Source: Zygnema circumcarinatum SAG 698-1b (Eukaryota; Plantae; Zygnematophyceae). Taken from it: a DNA stretch of 64,000 nucleotides. The DNA lies in assembly GCA_037447605.1 (NCBI GenBank), contig CM074822.1:1015492-1079491 (forward strand), given 5' to 3'. Below are positions 26,333-38,918 of this stretch, piece after piece; positions within the stretch are counted from its first letter, which is position 1; every line of letters begins with the position of its first letter. Position numbers and translations under genes: made by a program. The notes under the pieces were generated by a model. The model made no database searches and was not told where the DNA came from. It worked only from the letters and a program-made list of their open reading frames with translations.

Positions 26333-27282
26333 GGGTAGTGATATTTCCACCCCTTTTTTGGATCCAAACACCCCTTCCCGGCCGGGCAGATTTCAAAAAG
26401 GATTAAAAACGGAAAATGCTTTTTTCACACCTTTTTGGAATCGATACCCACCCTGCATCGGCAGATTTTTTTTTTGCGAAACAAGGAAATAACCCGTCAC
26501 CCCATTTTGAATATCTCGCCTACCTGAATTTTTTTTCACGCGTGCGGTCAATCGCAGCCGTCGATTCCCTCGCAGATCGCAACACGGCAGATCACTATTT
26601 GCCCTGCAGCCGGGCTCGGTCACAGCGAATGGCACGTGCCCACGTATCCCGCCAAACTCGTCTCAACATTTTGTCCGTACAAATGTCGTACGGTCGCAAC
26701 TTTGAGGAACCCAATATTTCGTACATTGAGAGCTTGGACCAATCAAAGTTTTCCACGTCAAAATATTAACACGTGGCAGATGTTGATTGGCTGAGAGATG
26801 ACAATGGCACGAGATCTCGGGCCGAGGGCACGCGCGCACTCGCACGTGCGATCCGGCTTTGGCGGGACTCGTGGGCGCTTTCCATTCGCTAAGATCGAGC
26901 CCGGCTGCAGATCGAACGGTGATCTGCAGTGGTGCGATCTGCGAGGGAAATCGACAGATGCGATTGACACGCACGTGTGAAGGACGGACACCCGCGAACG
27001 AACTCGTGGCGGACGGATCTTCCGCTACGAGCGGATTCGGGCAGGCAGATATTTTCATTCCCTCAAAAATGAAATTCAGGGAGGCGGGATACAGTATTCA
27101 AAATGCGGTGACGGGGTGTCATTTACCTTGGTTAGCAAAAATAAAATCAGCCGACGGAAGAAGGTGGGTATCGATTCCAAAAAGGTGTGGAAAAAGCATT
27201 TTCCGTTTTTAATCCCTTTTGAAATCTGCCCGGCCGGGAAGGGGTGTTTGGATCCAAAAAAGGGGTGGAAATATCACTACCC
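26333..27282. mobile_element. Fold-back MULE-like MITE (about 950 bp) upstream of Slo copy A
   Basis: TIRs GGGTAGTGATATTTCCACCCC.../...GGGGTGGAAATATCACTACCC, with inverted similarity extending through most of the element. The flanking direct repeat AATAAAAA(G) is an 8-9 bp TSD. Confidence 0.88.
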
Positions 27283-27344
27283 AATAAAAAGGAAGATTGA
27301 TGATTGGAGAACACGTTTGCAATTTAATTGCGTGGTTGTTTGCT

Positions 27345-27630
27345 GGCCAATGTCGGTGCAGATGTGGCCAAACGAAAGCTGACGGTATCGGACGGTCCCG
27401 ATTGGCGGATCCAGGTGACGTGGATCTATTTCCGGATACAAGGTCTATAGAAATGTCGGTGGAGGAAGACACGCCCCTTCACCAGTAGAGCCACAAGTGA
27501 CGTGGCACAGCTGAAATGTCGGCAATACGACAAGAATGCTGGATACGCCCTTCAATTGTGGAGTCATATGTGGCTCAACAGAAATGTCGGTTTAATGCGA
27601 CAAAAAACATATATGTCGGTCGAATCGACA
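27345..27630 (-). promoter_or_regulatory. AATGTCGG (CCGACAT) motif cluster upstream of Slo copy A
   Basis: Repeated aatgtcgg/atgtcggt. The unit gaaatgtcggcaatacgacaagaatg is the reverse complement of the units at 47280-47470. Function is inferred. Confidence 0.45.
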
Positions 27631-28489
27631 AAATTTGAGCCGCAGCGATCCACACCTTATGGACTGCCGAAGGGAGCGTATGGCCGGCCATCTAGCTTAG
27701 GTTCCATGCTCCCACATCCTGTTCTGGGTGACGGGTATGGTGGTTCGTGGCTTTGGCGCATGTGACGAGGGGTCTCTGAAAACCAGTTTAACGTCTTGTG
27801 CGACGCGTTTATGAGTTCCATGAGGGCGCGTTTTCTGACGTGTCGTTGACGTGGCGACCAAGCTAACAGTTTCCAATACAGTAGCGCGTTGTCACTTGTC
27901 ACGCGCCAGCCAGAATCACGGTGTGCCACGTAGGACGCCACGCTAGCGGATTGCGACCACGTGGCGACATCTGATTCGTGGAAATCATAATCCGTACGGA
28001 ATGCGATTTCGGCGACACTGGCTGCCGTACAGTCAAATGTACGGATTCCAATGGTCCGTACACGTGTGCGACCCTACAAGTTAAGTCTTGAAAACTGCAG
28101 AGAGGTTCTATGTCCGGTGGGAGTCGACCGCACAAAGACTTGCTCTCATGGCCAACTACATTGTTCGGCTGTTAGGACTAGGATTTGATGTCAGACATTG
28201 ATAGCTAGGATGAGAAAAAGCGGAAGCTTGTCGCCCAATTCTGAGGCGTAGGTCATGTGTTTTTCATTGTGTGTGTTTTGGCTCTTGTTCTCTCTTTTCT
28301 CGTGCTTTCATTATCATGCTTTCAGCGTAGATTTGTGACAAAGCAAAGATAAGAGGTTTCACCCACAGGTTGTGCCTTCTAGCAAAAGGAGGAGNNNNNN
28401 NNNNGGGAGGGGGAGAGGGAGCGGGAGCGGCAGGGGGAGGGGGAGAGGGAGCGGGAGCGGCAGGGGAGGTCAGGTAAGGCGGCCGCGGG

Positions 28490-29265
28490 GAAGGAGAGGA
28501 GGCGCAAGAGAGAGAGGAAGGGAGAGAGGGATGGAAAGAGGGAGGGAGAGAGGGATGGAAAGAGGGAGGGAGAGAGGGTGGGAAAAAGGGTGGGAGAAAG
28601 GTGGTAGAGGGAATCTCTCAGAGAGCGAGAGCAAGGTAGAGGAGGGACCAGAGGGAGGCGGCCGGCAAGAGGGACAGTGGCGTGGGTTCCATGTACCAGT
28701 TTAGCGTCAAGAGCGACGCGATTACGGGCTCCATGAAGGCAACTTATATCGACGTGGCGCAGACGTGGCGATGACGTGATTGCCACGTTGGCGTTCTGTG
28801 CGCTTAATTTGCAGTGGGAGAAAAAATTGATCTTTATATCCAATAGTGTACTGCCACGTGGCCAATCAAGATCGTTCTTGACGCCACGCTGGTGCGCCAA
28901 CGTCTACCGCGGTGACCGCCAGTCGCGGTCGCGGTTCGCCGCGAACTGGCGCCGCCTGGAACCCAAAATAGCGTCGGCGACGACGCGAGGCGGGCAAGTG
29001 GGGTGCCACGTGGAACGCGGCGTGGACAAACATGTACTCGTGGCGTGTTCAAATTGGGTACTGTAATTTGGAGTTGCATCTAACGTGGCACATGTTGGAT
29101 GGAGGCTCACGAGAGCACTCGACGTCTCGGTGTCAGGTCACGTCAGGCAGGAGAGTTTCCAGTCGAGTGAGCACCGACCGACTCGATATGTCCCTCGTCA
29201 ATAACTGCTTTCGTCCTGATAACCGAATTATATCGTAATGACGTCATATGACAGCAAAAGACGAA
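28490..29265 (-). repeat. Inverted copy of the region upstream of bestrophin paralog 3 (38145-38915)
   Basis: Long reverse-complement matches, e.g. cgcctggaacccaaaatagcgtcggcgacgacgcgaggcgggcaag versus cttgcccgcctcgcgtcgtcgccgacgctattttgggttccaggcg. Confidence 0.85.
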
Positions 29266-29459
29266 CTGTACAATGGAGGTGCGGCAGACGCACTCAGTTT
29301 TTAAAAGTCTGTCAGTTTTTATTCCCGCCATTTCTGACTGCCGTCCGCGGACTCCACTTTTGTCGCGTCTCGTTTCGTCACGTCACGGTCCCAAAGATAA
29401 TTTGTCACGTCATATGTTGCCGCGACCAATCATCGTGTTGCGCCCTACGGGTTCGGGAG

Positions 29460-30372
29460 TGGGGAGGGGGAGGCACGGGAGAGGGAGAGGGAGAGGGAGA
29501 GGGAGTGGGAGGGGTACGGGAGAGGGAGAGGGAGAGGGATGAGGAGAGGGAGAGGTGCGGGAGAGGGAGAGGAAGGAGAGGTAGAGAGAGAGGTACGGGA
29601 GGGGGGGGAGAGGGAGGAGAGGAGAGGACGAGGTGCGGGAGAGGGAGAGGGAGGAGAGGTAGTGGGAGAGGTACGGGAAAGGGGGGGAAAGGGAGGAGAG
29701 GACGAGGTACGGGAGAGGGAGAGAGGAGGGAGCGGGAGAGATACGGGAGGGGAAGAGGGAAAGGAGAGGGAGAGGGAGAGGTTCGAGAGTGGGAGAGGTA
29801 CGGAAGAGGGAGGGGTACGGGAAGGGGAGAGGTAGAGGGAGAAAACCGAAAACCAAAAACTTTTCCAAGGGCATTTCTTTGGCTGATTGTGTGCTGACAC
29901 GTGGCAGTCCAGATTCGGAAACTCGAATTACAAGCGACTGTTAAAGACGGTGTCCGTACGGCTTTCTCTGTATCAGCAAATCAAATTCTGCCACGTGGTG
30001 AACTTTAAAGACGTGGCAGGATCTGATTGGCCATCTGTTAGAAATTGAGACCCACCCTCTTCCTTGTCACCGTGACGCGTCGTGGATGACGTCATGGATG
30101 TTGCACTAAGGGATACCGGGCAACGACTGTACAAAGAGGCAAAAATGAACTTTTGAAATTTGCATTTGTAACTAACTTGTTATATATGTCGGAGCTAACG
30201 AATTGATTTCTGTACTTTTTCTAATGTATACAGAAATCTAAATTTAACACTGCTACCTCCAACATTACATAGCAAAACGCTCCTAGGAAGAAAGGGCAAT
30301 CAATCTCTAGTTTACATTGTCCTCAAGCAAAACACAGTCTGACTCGGAAGAGAATTAGCTCTACCGTACAGT
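29460..30372 (+). repeat. Left arm of the inverted repeat bracketing the expansin gene
   Basis: 30014-30372 is the reverse complement of 32965-33336. The GA/GTAC block at 29460-29840 mirrors the CT block at 33350-33640. Confidence 0.85.
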
Positions 30373-30877
30373 TAGTTCTAAGGTGCACACAACATGCACC
30401 TAAGCGCCGCCCTCATGCTTAGGAGCCTGCTTTAACTTCGATAGTGAGTAGCATGTTCCGTAGAAGATGGCGAGGGGAAATTTCCCACTTGTTGTGGAAT
30501 TAGTTGCGAATAATTTCACATATGCAGCGCCTTAAGCTGCCCGCCTTGGTTGAGGGGGAGGAGAACAGGGAGCAGCACGAGGGGGAGGAGGGGAAGAGGC
30601 TCTTCCACTTCTTGTGGGCCATTGAGCTCCGCAGCTGGATACTGTGTAGTAAGGGAATGGGCCATTGATCAGGTTCGGACATGTGACGGATTCGCCTGGA
30701 AAACCATTCAGAAAGCATTTGGAAAATGTCAGGTCTATCTTCTGCAAACGTTTGCAGTCTCACCGCTCAAGAGAAGCAGTACAGAAGCTGCATTGCGATC
30801 CTAGTGATTGAGAAGCAAACGGTGGGTGTAAAGGATGATCAGTGTATAATATGGGACATAAGTCTCCTTATCAACTT

Positions 30878-32231
30878 TTAACGAAGAGTGTTTGCCTCAC
30901 TTGTCACATTGTTGACCAGCTTGACCTCGTACGGAGGATTAAACGGCGTCCCCGTAGACTGCACGTCATAGCTCGCGCCCCACTTGAAATTCATTGGAAG
31001 GAAGTTGTTATAATTTGTCTGCGCCAAAACCCAAATGAGCAACTAAGGTTCTTTAGTCACTAACACCAAGTACGTGTCTGCCAACCAAATATTTTTTAGA
31101 TGTTTTCTACTAAAGTTTTTGAACAAGATTCACCGGACGAATGTAGACGTTTGTCACGTTTCCGGGACCACCAACATCGCGGAGGACGAGGTTGAGCCAC
31201 CACACGGAGCTTCCTCGGTTGAAGAAGAAGGAGATGGGTTCTTCATACACACATGGTACCCTGCACGGAGGAGAGGGCGAGAGAGTGAGTGAACAGGAGA
31301 AAAGTGGGAAAGGAGAGGTGTCCTTGCCAAGTTCTCATATCATTTCTGCTGCCAATGCAATGACTTCAACAAAAACAGGGAGAACTTCACCTCCTGTAAA
31401 GTACCCCGCTCATGTAGCCTTTGCCCGGGAAGCTCTCCCTTGCCGAGGGAATAGCCATGGCGGCAAACGCCTCCCTTGTGAGGTCAAAGTGAACCTTTCC
31501 GTCGCCGCACCAGTTGGGGTTGCCGCCGCTCGGACACCAATCCGTGATCGTGACAGTGATCGGCTTCGAGCTGCATGCAGAGTTGCTCGTGCACTTGACC
31601 TGCAGGAGGTGCCGCCGGCAGGCATTAGGACAGGATCTGTGGGCGCATGCGTTTTGGGAATTGAGCTTGCCAACATGCGGTTTGCATGGCCGTGCAAGCG
31701 AGTAAGGAAGTGCCACGTGGCTGTTGCTGCACCTGATAGCACGTCCCGCAGCCGCCTCCCTTCACGAAGAGCGCTTGGCTGCCAGCGGATGCCATTCGTC
31801 CGTACGCCGTCTGATTCAGCGCGCCGTACCCGCAGGCGCCACCTGCAGTAGGAGGAGTCACGTGTCAGAGAATTGGAGGGACGACAGCGAGGGAGTGAGA
31901 AGGAGGGAGTGAGGGAGAGAGAGAGGGAGCGTGATGGAGAGAGAGAGAGAGAGAGTGAGGGAGTGAGGGAGAGAGAGAGGGAGTGAGGGAGTGAGGGAGA
32001 AAGAGAGGGAGTGTGAGAGAGAGAAAGAGAGAGAGAGGGAGAGAGAAAGGAAGAGTGGACGGAAAGGCGCGTTGGCGATATCTTACCATCAGGGTTGCCT
32101 TGGCCTGGCCCGCCGGGATACCAAGTGGAGGTCGCATTGTACCACACTCGCCCGAACAGCGGGGCACTGCTTACAAGTGGGAGCAGTGCCACGCTGGAAA
32201 TAAGCAAAAGCACAAGAAGTGACGGCGCCAT
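30878..32231 (-). CDS. Expansin (DPBB + CBM63 domains), secreted
   Basis: Signal peptide [23 protein letters not shown]. Exons 32231-32087, 31842-31733 (GGACGYG...GGGCGTCYQ), 31599-31391 (VTITDWCP...HFDLTREAF...YRR), 31260-31134 (VPC...[10 protein letters not shown]) and from 31018 ([10 protein letters not shown]) join in phase. The 3' end is uncertain, and a further exon near 30750-30530 is possible. Confidence 0.9.
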
Positions 32232-32964
32232 GACTTGACTTTGGCAGCTCCCCTCTCCCTCTACCACTCTGTTGCTTCCCGCTCACTCTGAGCTCTTCTC
32301 CCTCTCCTTCCCTCTCTCTCTCTCTCTCTGCATTGCGGTGGTGTCATCGTTCCATCCTTCCTTTTGAAAGGGGCTCCAGTGCGGGCGCGGCTGCCACGTG
32401 GCGTGCCGCCGCGCGCGGTGCGGCGGTCGGCGGCGGCGGCGGCCGCGCTTCCGCCGCTCCGCCGCTCCGCCGCATGCCGATATGCCGATATATCGTCAAA
32501 CATCACACCGTAGCGTATTGTACCTTATTGACCAGTACACTTGTACAACAAACCAAAGCAGTCATTTTGTCTTTTTGTGCAATTACCGACATGTGGCGCC
32601 TGATAATAGGCGAAAATTTTATATGATGAATTGTGAGGGTACTAGTGTACCAGCAAATCTTGGCTTCATCGCGGCACTGTACGGATGATTGTCGATTGCC
32701 ACTTTCTGACGTCACTTAACTGTCATGTGACACGCTGCATAGCCTGATTGGAAAGCGATCGCCCTAAACTGTGTAACGGGGAAAACGGATTTCCCTCCCG
32801 TTGCGGCCGTCAACCGCGACTCCAAACTGTACTTGGAACTGGAACGCAGCCCGAGATTGTCCAAACCAATCGTACGGACAAGACAGTCCGTACGGATTGC
32901 AATCCGTAGACCTCAGTGAAGACGGGGTCAACCAGAGTGGTGGATCCACAGGCCCACTGTTGAA

Positions 32965-33640
32965 CTGTACAGAAGAGATAATTATCTCCTTAATCAGACT
33001 GTATTTTGCTTGAGGACAATGTAGACTAGTGATTGATTGCCCTTTCCTCCTAGGAGCGTTTTGCTATGTAATGTTGGAGCTAGCAGTGTTAAATTTAGAT
33101 TTCTGCATATATTAGAAATAGTACAGATATCCCTTTGTTAGCTCCGACATATATAGCAGGTTAGTTACAAATGTAGACTTCAAAAGTTCATTTTTGGAAA
33201 AAAATAAAAGTTGATTTTTGCCTTTTTGTACAGTCGTTGTTGCCCGGTATCCCTTCGCGCGTCATCCGTGACGCGTCACGGTGACATGGACGAGGGTGGG
33301 TCTCAATTTCTTACAGAAGGCAATCAAATCCTGCCAATCCAGCCAATCCTTCTCTTTCTCCCTCTCCCGTACCTATACCTCTCCCTCCACTCTCCGTCTC
33401 CCTCTCCCGTGCCTCGTCCTCTCTTCTCCTCCCTTTCCCCCCCTCTCCCGTACCTCTCCCTCTACCTCTCCTCCCTCTCCCTCTCCCGCACCTCTCCCTC
33501 TCCTCCTCCCTCTCCCTCTCCCGTACCCCTCCCACTCCCTCTCCCTCTCCCGTACCTCCCCCTCCCCTCTCCCGTACCCCTCCCACTCCCTTTCCCTCTC
33601 CCTCCTCCCTCCCTTTCCCTCTCCCTCTCCCCCATCGTAC
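32965..33640 (-). repeat. Right arm of the inverted repeat bracketing the expansin gene
   Basis: Reverse complement of the left arm, lacking roughly 170 bp that is present in the left arm. Confidence 0.85.
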
Positions 33641-33855
33641 TGAGTAATGATGAGTTGCAAACTCACACGCTACGACCTATCGCATTTTTCACTCCGCCAA
33701 AACCCATCATGATGTGCACTCGCAACGCATTGAGACGAAGAAGGTCCTCAGACTCCTGAATTCATCCGCTCTAACTCAACCGGTCAACTTTCACGACTCC
33801 CAGCTGCACTTCAAACAAATATACTTTAAATGAGCCAATCTCTCTTTCTGGTCTC

Positions 33856-33896
<41 letters not shown>

Positions 33897-33906
33897 CTCT
33901 CTCTCG

Positions 33907-33968
<62 letters not shown>

Positions 33969-34020
33969 CTCTCTCTCTCGCTGTCTCTGTCTCTCTTTTC
34001 TATCTATCTAAGAGTAACAT

Positions 34021-34408
34021 CTATGATATGCTCAAAAGCTTTTCCGACTCGTCGCTGCCATTTTCCGTCCCCTCTCCTTCAGCCCATGCCTTGGCCTCCC
34101 GCGGCTTGAGGGCGCCCAACTCGTCCGCGTACGCCGAGTCCTTGTTGACGAGCAGCACGGACTCCTGCAAGAAGCGGAAGGCGGCGTCGAACACGGGGAT
34201 GTCCATCTGGTCGCTGCCCAACGGGTTGCTGCAGACAGGGGGGGAAAGGGATGAGGGAGGGAAGGAGCAGCAGAACAAAACGTGCAAACACCTATGCATA
34301 TTAACATTCAAACCGATGGAGGGAGGGAAGGACGGAATGGGGAGGAGTGGAGAGAGTAGAGAGGTGGAAAGAAAGTTAGGAAAGAGAGGTAGAGGGAGAG
34401 AATGGTAT

Positions 34409-34440
<32 letters not shown>

Positions 34441-36543
34441 CAAGAGAAAGGAAAGAGAACTTACCTCATGCTGTTTCCAATCTCTCGGATTCCGAGGAGC
34501 CCGATAAGGATGAGAACAAAGCCAAGAATTGACCAATAGGGCGACACAAAAGCAAAGGCATAGGCCAACATGAAGAGGTAGACGAGCAGCATGAAGTTGA
34601 GGAGGTGGTAATACGAAAACGGTCTGCATACAAAAGGAAAAAACCCACGAAGAAAAAAACATTTTCAATAAGAACCCACTTCTCTTTGTCAAAGAAATAG
34701 ACATGCCTCAAAATAAAGTATGCGAATTGCAGAGTTTAAAGGTGAGGTCTGTACACGGGCCCACTAACGAAGGTGTAGAGAGCGTCGAGATGTTTGCGAA
34801 TTTCAAGCAGCTTTGTGGTGAAGAGGCCGGCCACATCCGGCTTTATGTAGCTCCTTGTATGCTGGGCCCATACTCCTCTGTTGAGCCACAATAGGAGCTC
34901 TTTGTAGACTAAGTTACCTGTACCAATCGCCTGAAGAGGCTTCAAGTCATTCACCTGCACAGACACAAAGGGATCAAATATTGACTAATTATTTTGCCCT
35001 ATTTCAGAGCTTGAGTCAAGTCTTTGTTGATGAATTTATTTCATTTTCAGAGAAGGAAAGAGGAGATTACCTGTTCAGCGGTTAGAAGTTTGCTGTTTTC
35101 AAGGTACCACCATGCCCATTCATTAATTTTTGAAGCGCGGTTCTGTGGGAGGCTCGCATAGGCGAGTATATGGAGAGAGTTGGCGAGTTTACAGAGGTAG
35201 TGGCGAATCATGGAAGCATTGGACCCAACATGGTCATCCAAATGGACCCTTAAAAGAACCAAAAATTCCCCCAAAAGGCCACAAGTAGAGGTCACATTCG
35301 CGGACTGAGTGAGGTATCGAGAATATGTTTGGTTGAGGTAGAAAACCAGAATGAAGGTAATAAGGCCTCCAGGAATGGCGACGTAACTCGAACCCACCTG
35401 CAAAATTTGAACATTGAAAACTAAAATAACATTATCAATTCGCTAATTACATTACTCTGTCATTGTTAAGCTGCAGAAAACGAATTTTTCAACGTTTCAA
35501 GTTTCTGATGGTGAGCTTACTGGGGGCCATCCAGAAGCATTTGGAAGCTCTCCAGAAGTTGTATTTCCGCTTGAAAAGTAAGCGACTGAGAAGGAAATGT
35601 GAGCCAAAAGAAGGATCCAAAAGTCAACTCGGTGGAAAACCAGCTCCACAGCCGTGCCCACAAATCGGAAAAAAGTTCGCAGGGGTTCTTCCGGGCGATA
35701 CTTAGCCAATGGAGGGGCCACCTGCGTAAAATTTTACATTAAATTATTTAAATTTAGAAAAAGTCTATTAGTAAAACAAACATCTAACTTCTCCTTCCGT
35801 CATTAACACGAAAGAAAAAATGTTCAGATCTTTAAGTGATTTCACAAACTGATATAGAAATGTAAGTTGTTTTGCTAGAATGTATCGTTTTTCAGCTTTT
35901 TGAATAGCGATATCCGAAATCCTTTACCACCTACAAAGTGGATTTTTTTGAGCCGATCGAAGCCGGAACTATTCTCAGCCTCCATCGCTGCATAGAGAGA
36001 CCAGCGCTCCTCCGCGCTTGCATTAAGGGCCCTCTCTTTTTCTTGCTCTCCCTTAGACATAAAAAGGCGCGGAATCGCCTTCTCAATATGGGCAACGGCC
36101 TCTGCGACTCGGTTCACTTCATGCTTCGGGGGAGCTTCTGCAAACCCAAAAACTATAGATCAGCTTAGCAACTGTTTTTTTTGTTTTGTTTCGTTAGACA
36201 TCCATTCACGTTGCGATGTTGCAGATGAATAATATAAGTAATATTCTAATAGCAGCTTGTCTCTACTCTCGCTCTCTCTCTCTCTCTCCTTGGCTTCCTC
36301 AGTCTCCTCTCCCTCTGCTTCCTTCTCTCTCACGCTTCTCTCCTCCCTCCTCTCCCTCTGCTTCCTTCTCTCTTCCGCTTCTCCTTCCTCCTCTCCCGCT
36401 GCTTCCTTCTCCCTCCTGCTTCTCTCTCGCTCTCTCACACTCTCTCTCCCCGTCTCACACTCTCATTTGTTAAGGGTGAGGGAGAAGAAGCTCTCACTTT
36501 GGGCTGTAGTAAGAAGAGGCGCCTCAAGGTCGTTTTTGCGCAT
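34021..36543 (-). CDS. Bestrophin/UPF0187-family ion channel, paralog 2 (spliced)
   Basis: Exons encode GFDRLKKIHF, APPLAKY..FVGTAVELVFHRVDFW, VAIPGGLITFILVFYLNQTYSRY, KELLLWLNRGVW, PFSYYHLLNF and NPLGSDQMDIPV. The start (MRKNDLEAPLL) is tentative. Confidence 0.82.
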
Positions 36544-38918
36544 CGCATTTGCTGACCAAGTTCTCTGACGAACTGCGGAATTCGAATCGGAACCCATGTT
36601 GGGTGTGAATTTGAAGTCCTGAAAAAATGAAAAACCGGAGGTGTGAGCTTGATTTTGTAGTGAAATAATGCAGAGTTTGGACTTTTTCGGAAACGCTCTA
36701 CGATGAGATGTGGGTCTGCGCGATACATTTATTTCACAAGAAATTCATTGCACATAAGAAAAATATTTAAGGTAGAAAAATGGATGTCAGTAGATGGCAC
36801 GCCTTGCTACAGCAATTGGAGCTTAATTCAAGCAAGGGACTGTTGGAGGGAGGAGAGATGTCACGAGAGGGGAAAGATGGGTGAAACTAAAGACCCACAC
36901 TGAGATGAAGTGAGAGAGGGAGAGGGAGTAGGAGAGAGGGAAAGGAGAGAGAAAAGGAGACCAGCACAGTAGAGAGCACAGACTGACCGCGTCCTCCCTC
37001 CCTCCCCTCCCCTCCCCTCTCCCTCTCTTCCCTCCCTTTCTCTCCCCTCCCCTCACCTCAGTCCCCTCCTCTCCCATCTCCCGTCCCTCCTCTCCTCTCC
37101 CCTCTCCCTCCCCTCACTCCCCTCTTATCCCCACTCCCTCCCATCCTTCTTTCTCTCCCCTCCCCTCCCTCCCCTCCTCGCCCCTCTCCCCTCCTCCCCT
37201 TTTCTCCCACTTCCCTTCCTGCCCTCCTCTCCCCTCTCCCTCCCTCCCCTCCCCTCTCCCTTCCTTTCTCTCCCCTCTCTCCCTTTCTCTCCCCTCTCCT
37301 CCCCTCCACTCCCTCGCTTTCTCCCCTGTCCCCTCCCCTTCCTCCCCTCCTCTCCCCTTTCCCCTCTACCCTCCCCCCTATCCCCTCCCCCCTCTCCCCT
37401 TCCCCCTCTCCCCTTCCCCCTCTCCCCTCCCTCCCTCACCTTTCCCTCCACGGGTCGACCGCAGCCACACCTCTCCCCGCTCCCCCCCTTCGCCGCTTCC
37501 CTCCCCGTGGCTTCTCCCCTCCCCAGGTCGGCGCGCGTTCCTTGTCACGCTTCCGTTCAAAATCCGTAAAATCGGGTGACGTGCTGCTGGTACACGTGGT
37601 CTCGAATTTGTCGTTTTGGTCAGGAATGCTTTTCAAAGGGCTATTCACAAATTTGTCGTTTTGTTGTCGTTTCTGGTGGAGACGACACGTATCGGTCCGC
37701 GAGACCAAGTAGAATTGTTGTGATTGGTCCAAAAGTTTATGTTGTACACTCTGATTGGCTGGAAAAGATTCCGAATTCGGTTATGACGTCATTAGAATCT
37801 TTCGGTGGCGACCTTATCCATATCCGCTGAGCTGGTTGTTCTAAATTTTTTGTCGTCTTCGTGTTTTTGTCGTTGGGAACATTTCTAAATTGTCGTCTTG
37901 TGGTTTGACGGGTCACGTGCGTCCATACAAGCATTGCTGTCCACTTTGGATTTTTTCTGAAAAAACAACCTTGTCCATGCACAGTACTAATTTTCTTGTC
38001 TTCTGCAGTATGGACAATTCTCCGCGACTTTGGGAGCCGGCCAGTCGACGACAGAAAGTCTTATTCCCAAAAAATTGCACCACGTGTCAAATGGATGCCG
38101 AAATCACGTGTGGCTCCAGGAGATCGGACCACTAAATTGTCCTTTCAGAATTGTCTTTTTCTGTCATATGATGTCATTGCGATAGTATTCTTTTGTCAGG
38201 ACAAAAACCGTTACTAACAAGCGACAAACATATCGAGCCTCTGTCCATGGTCGGTGCTCACTCGTTTGGAAACTTTGTCCTTCTTGACATGACGTGACAC
38301 ATCGCAACGTGACGTGACACCAGAGCGTCGGTGCTTCTCTTGAGGCTCCATCCAAAATGTGCCACGTTGGATGCCACGCCAAACTACCCAATCAGTACTT
38401 TCCACGTGTTCATACTTTACACGTGGCGTCCGACGTGAACACTCCGCCTTGCCCGCCTCGCGTCGTCGCCGACGCTATTTTGGGTTCCAGGCGGCGCCAG
38501 TTTGCGGCGAACCGCGACCGGGACCGGCAGTCACCGCGGTCGACGTTGGTAAACCAGCTTCGCATCCGAGACCGATTATGAGTGGCCACGTGGCAAAACG
38601 TTATTGGATAACAAGTCCGCGTTCCATCAGTATAGCGCACAGAACGCCAACGTGGCAGCCACGTCATCGCCATATCTGCACCACGTCGATAAAACTTTTC
38701 TCCATGGAGCCCGTCTTCGTGTCGCTCACGACGCTAAACGGGTACATGGAACCCAGCCCATTGTCCCTCTCGCCGGCCGCCTCCCTCTGGTCCCTCCTCG
38801 ACCTTGCTCTCGCTCCCTGAGTGACTCTCTCTACCACCCTCTCTCCCTCCCTCTCTCCCTCCCTCTCTCCCCTCCCTCTCTCTCTCTCTCCTGCCTCCTC
38901 TCCTTCCCCGCGCCCGCC

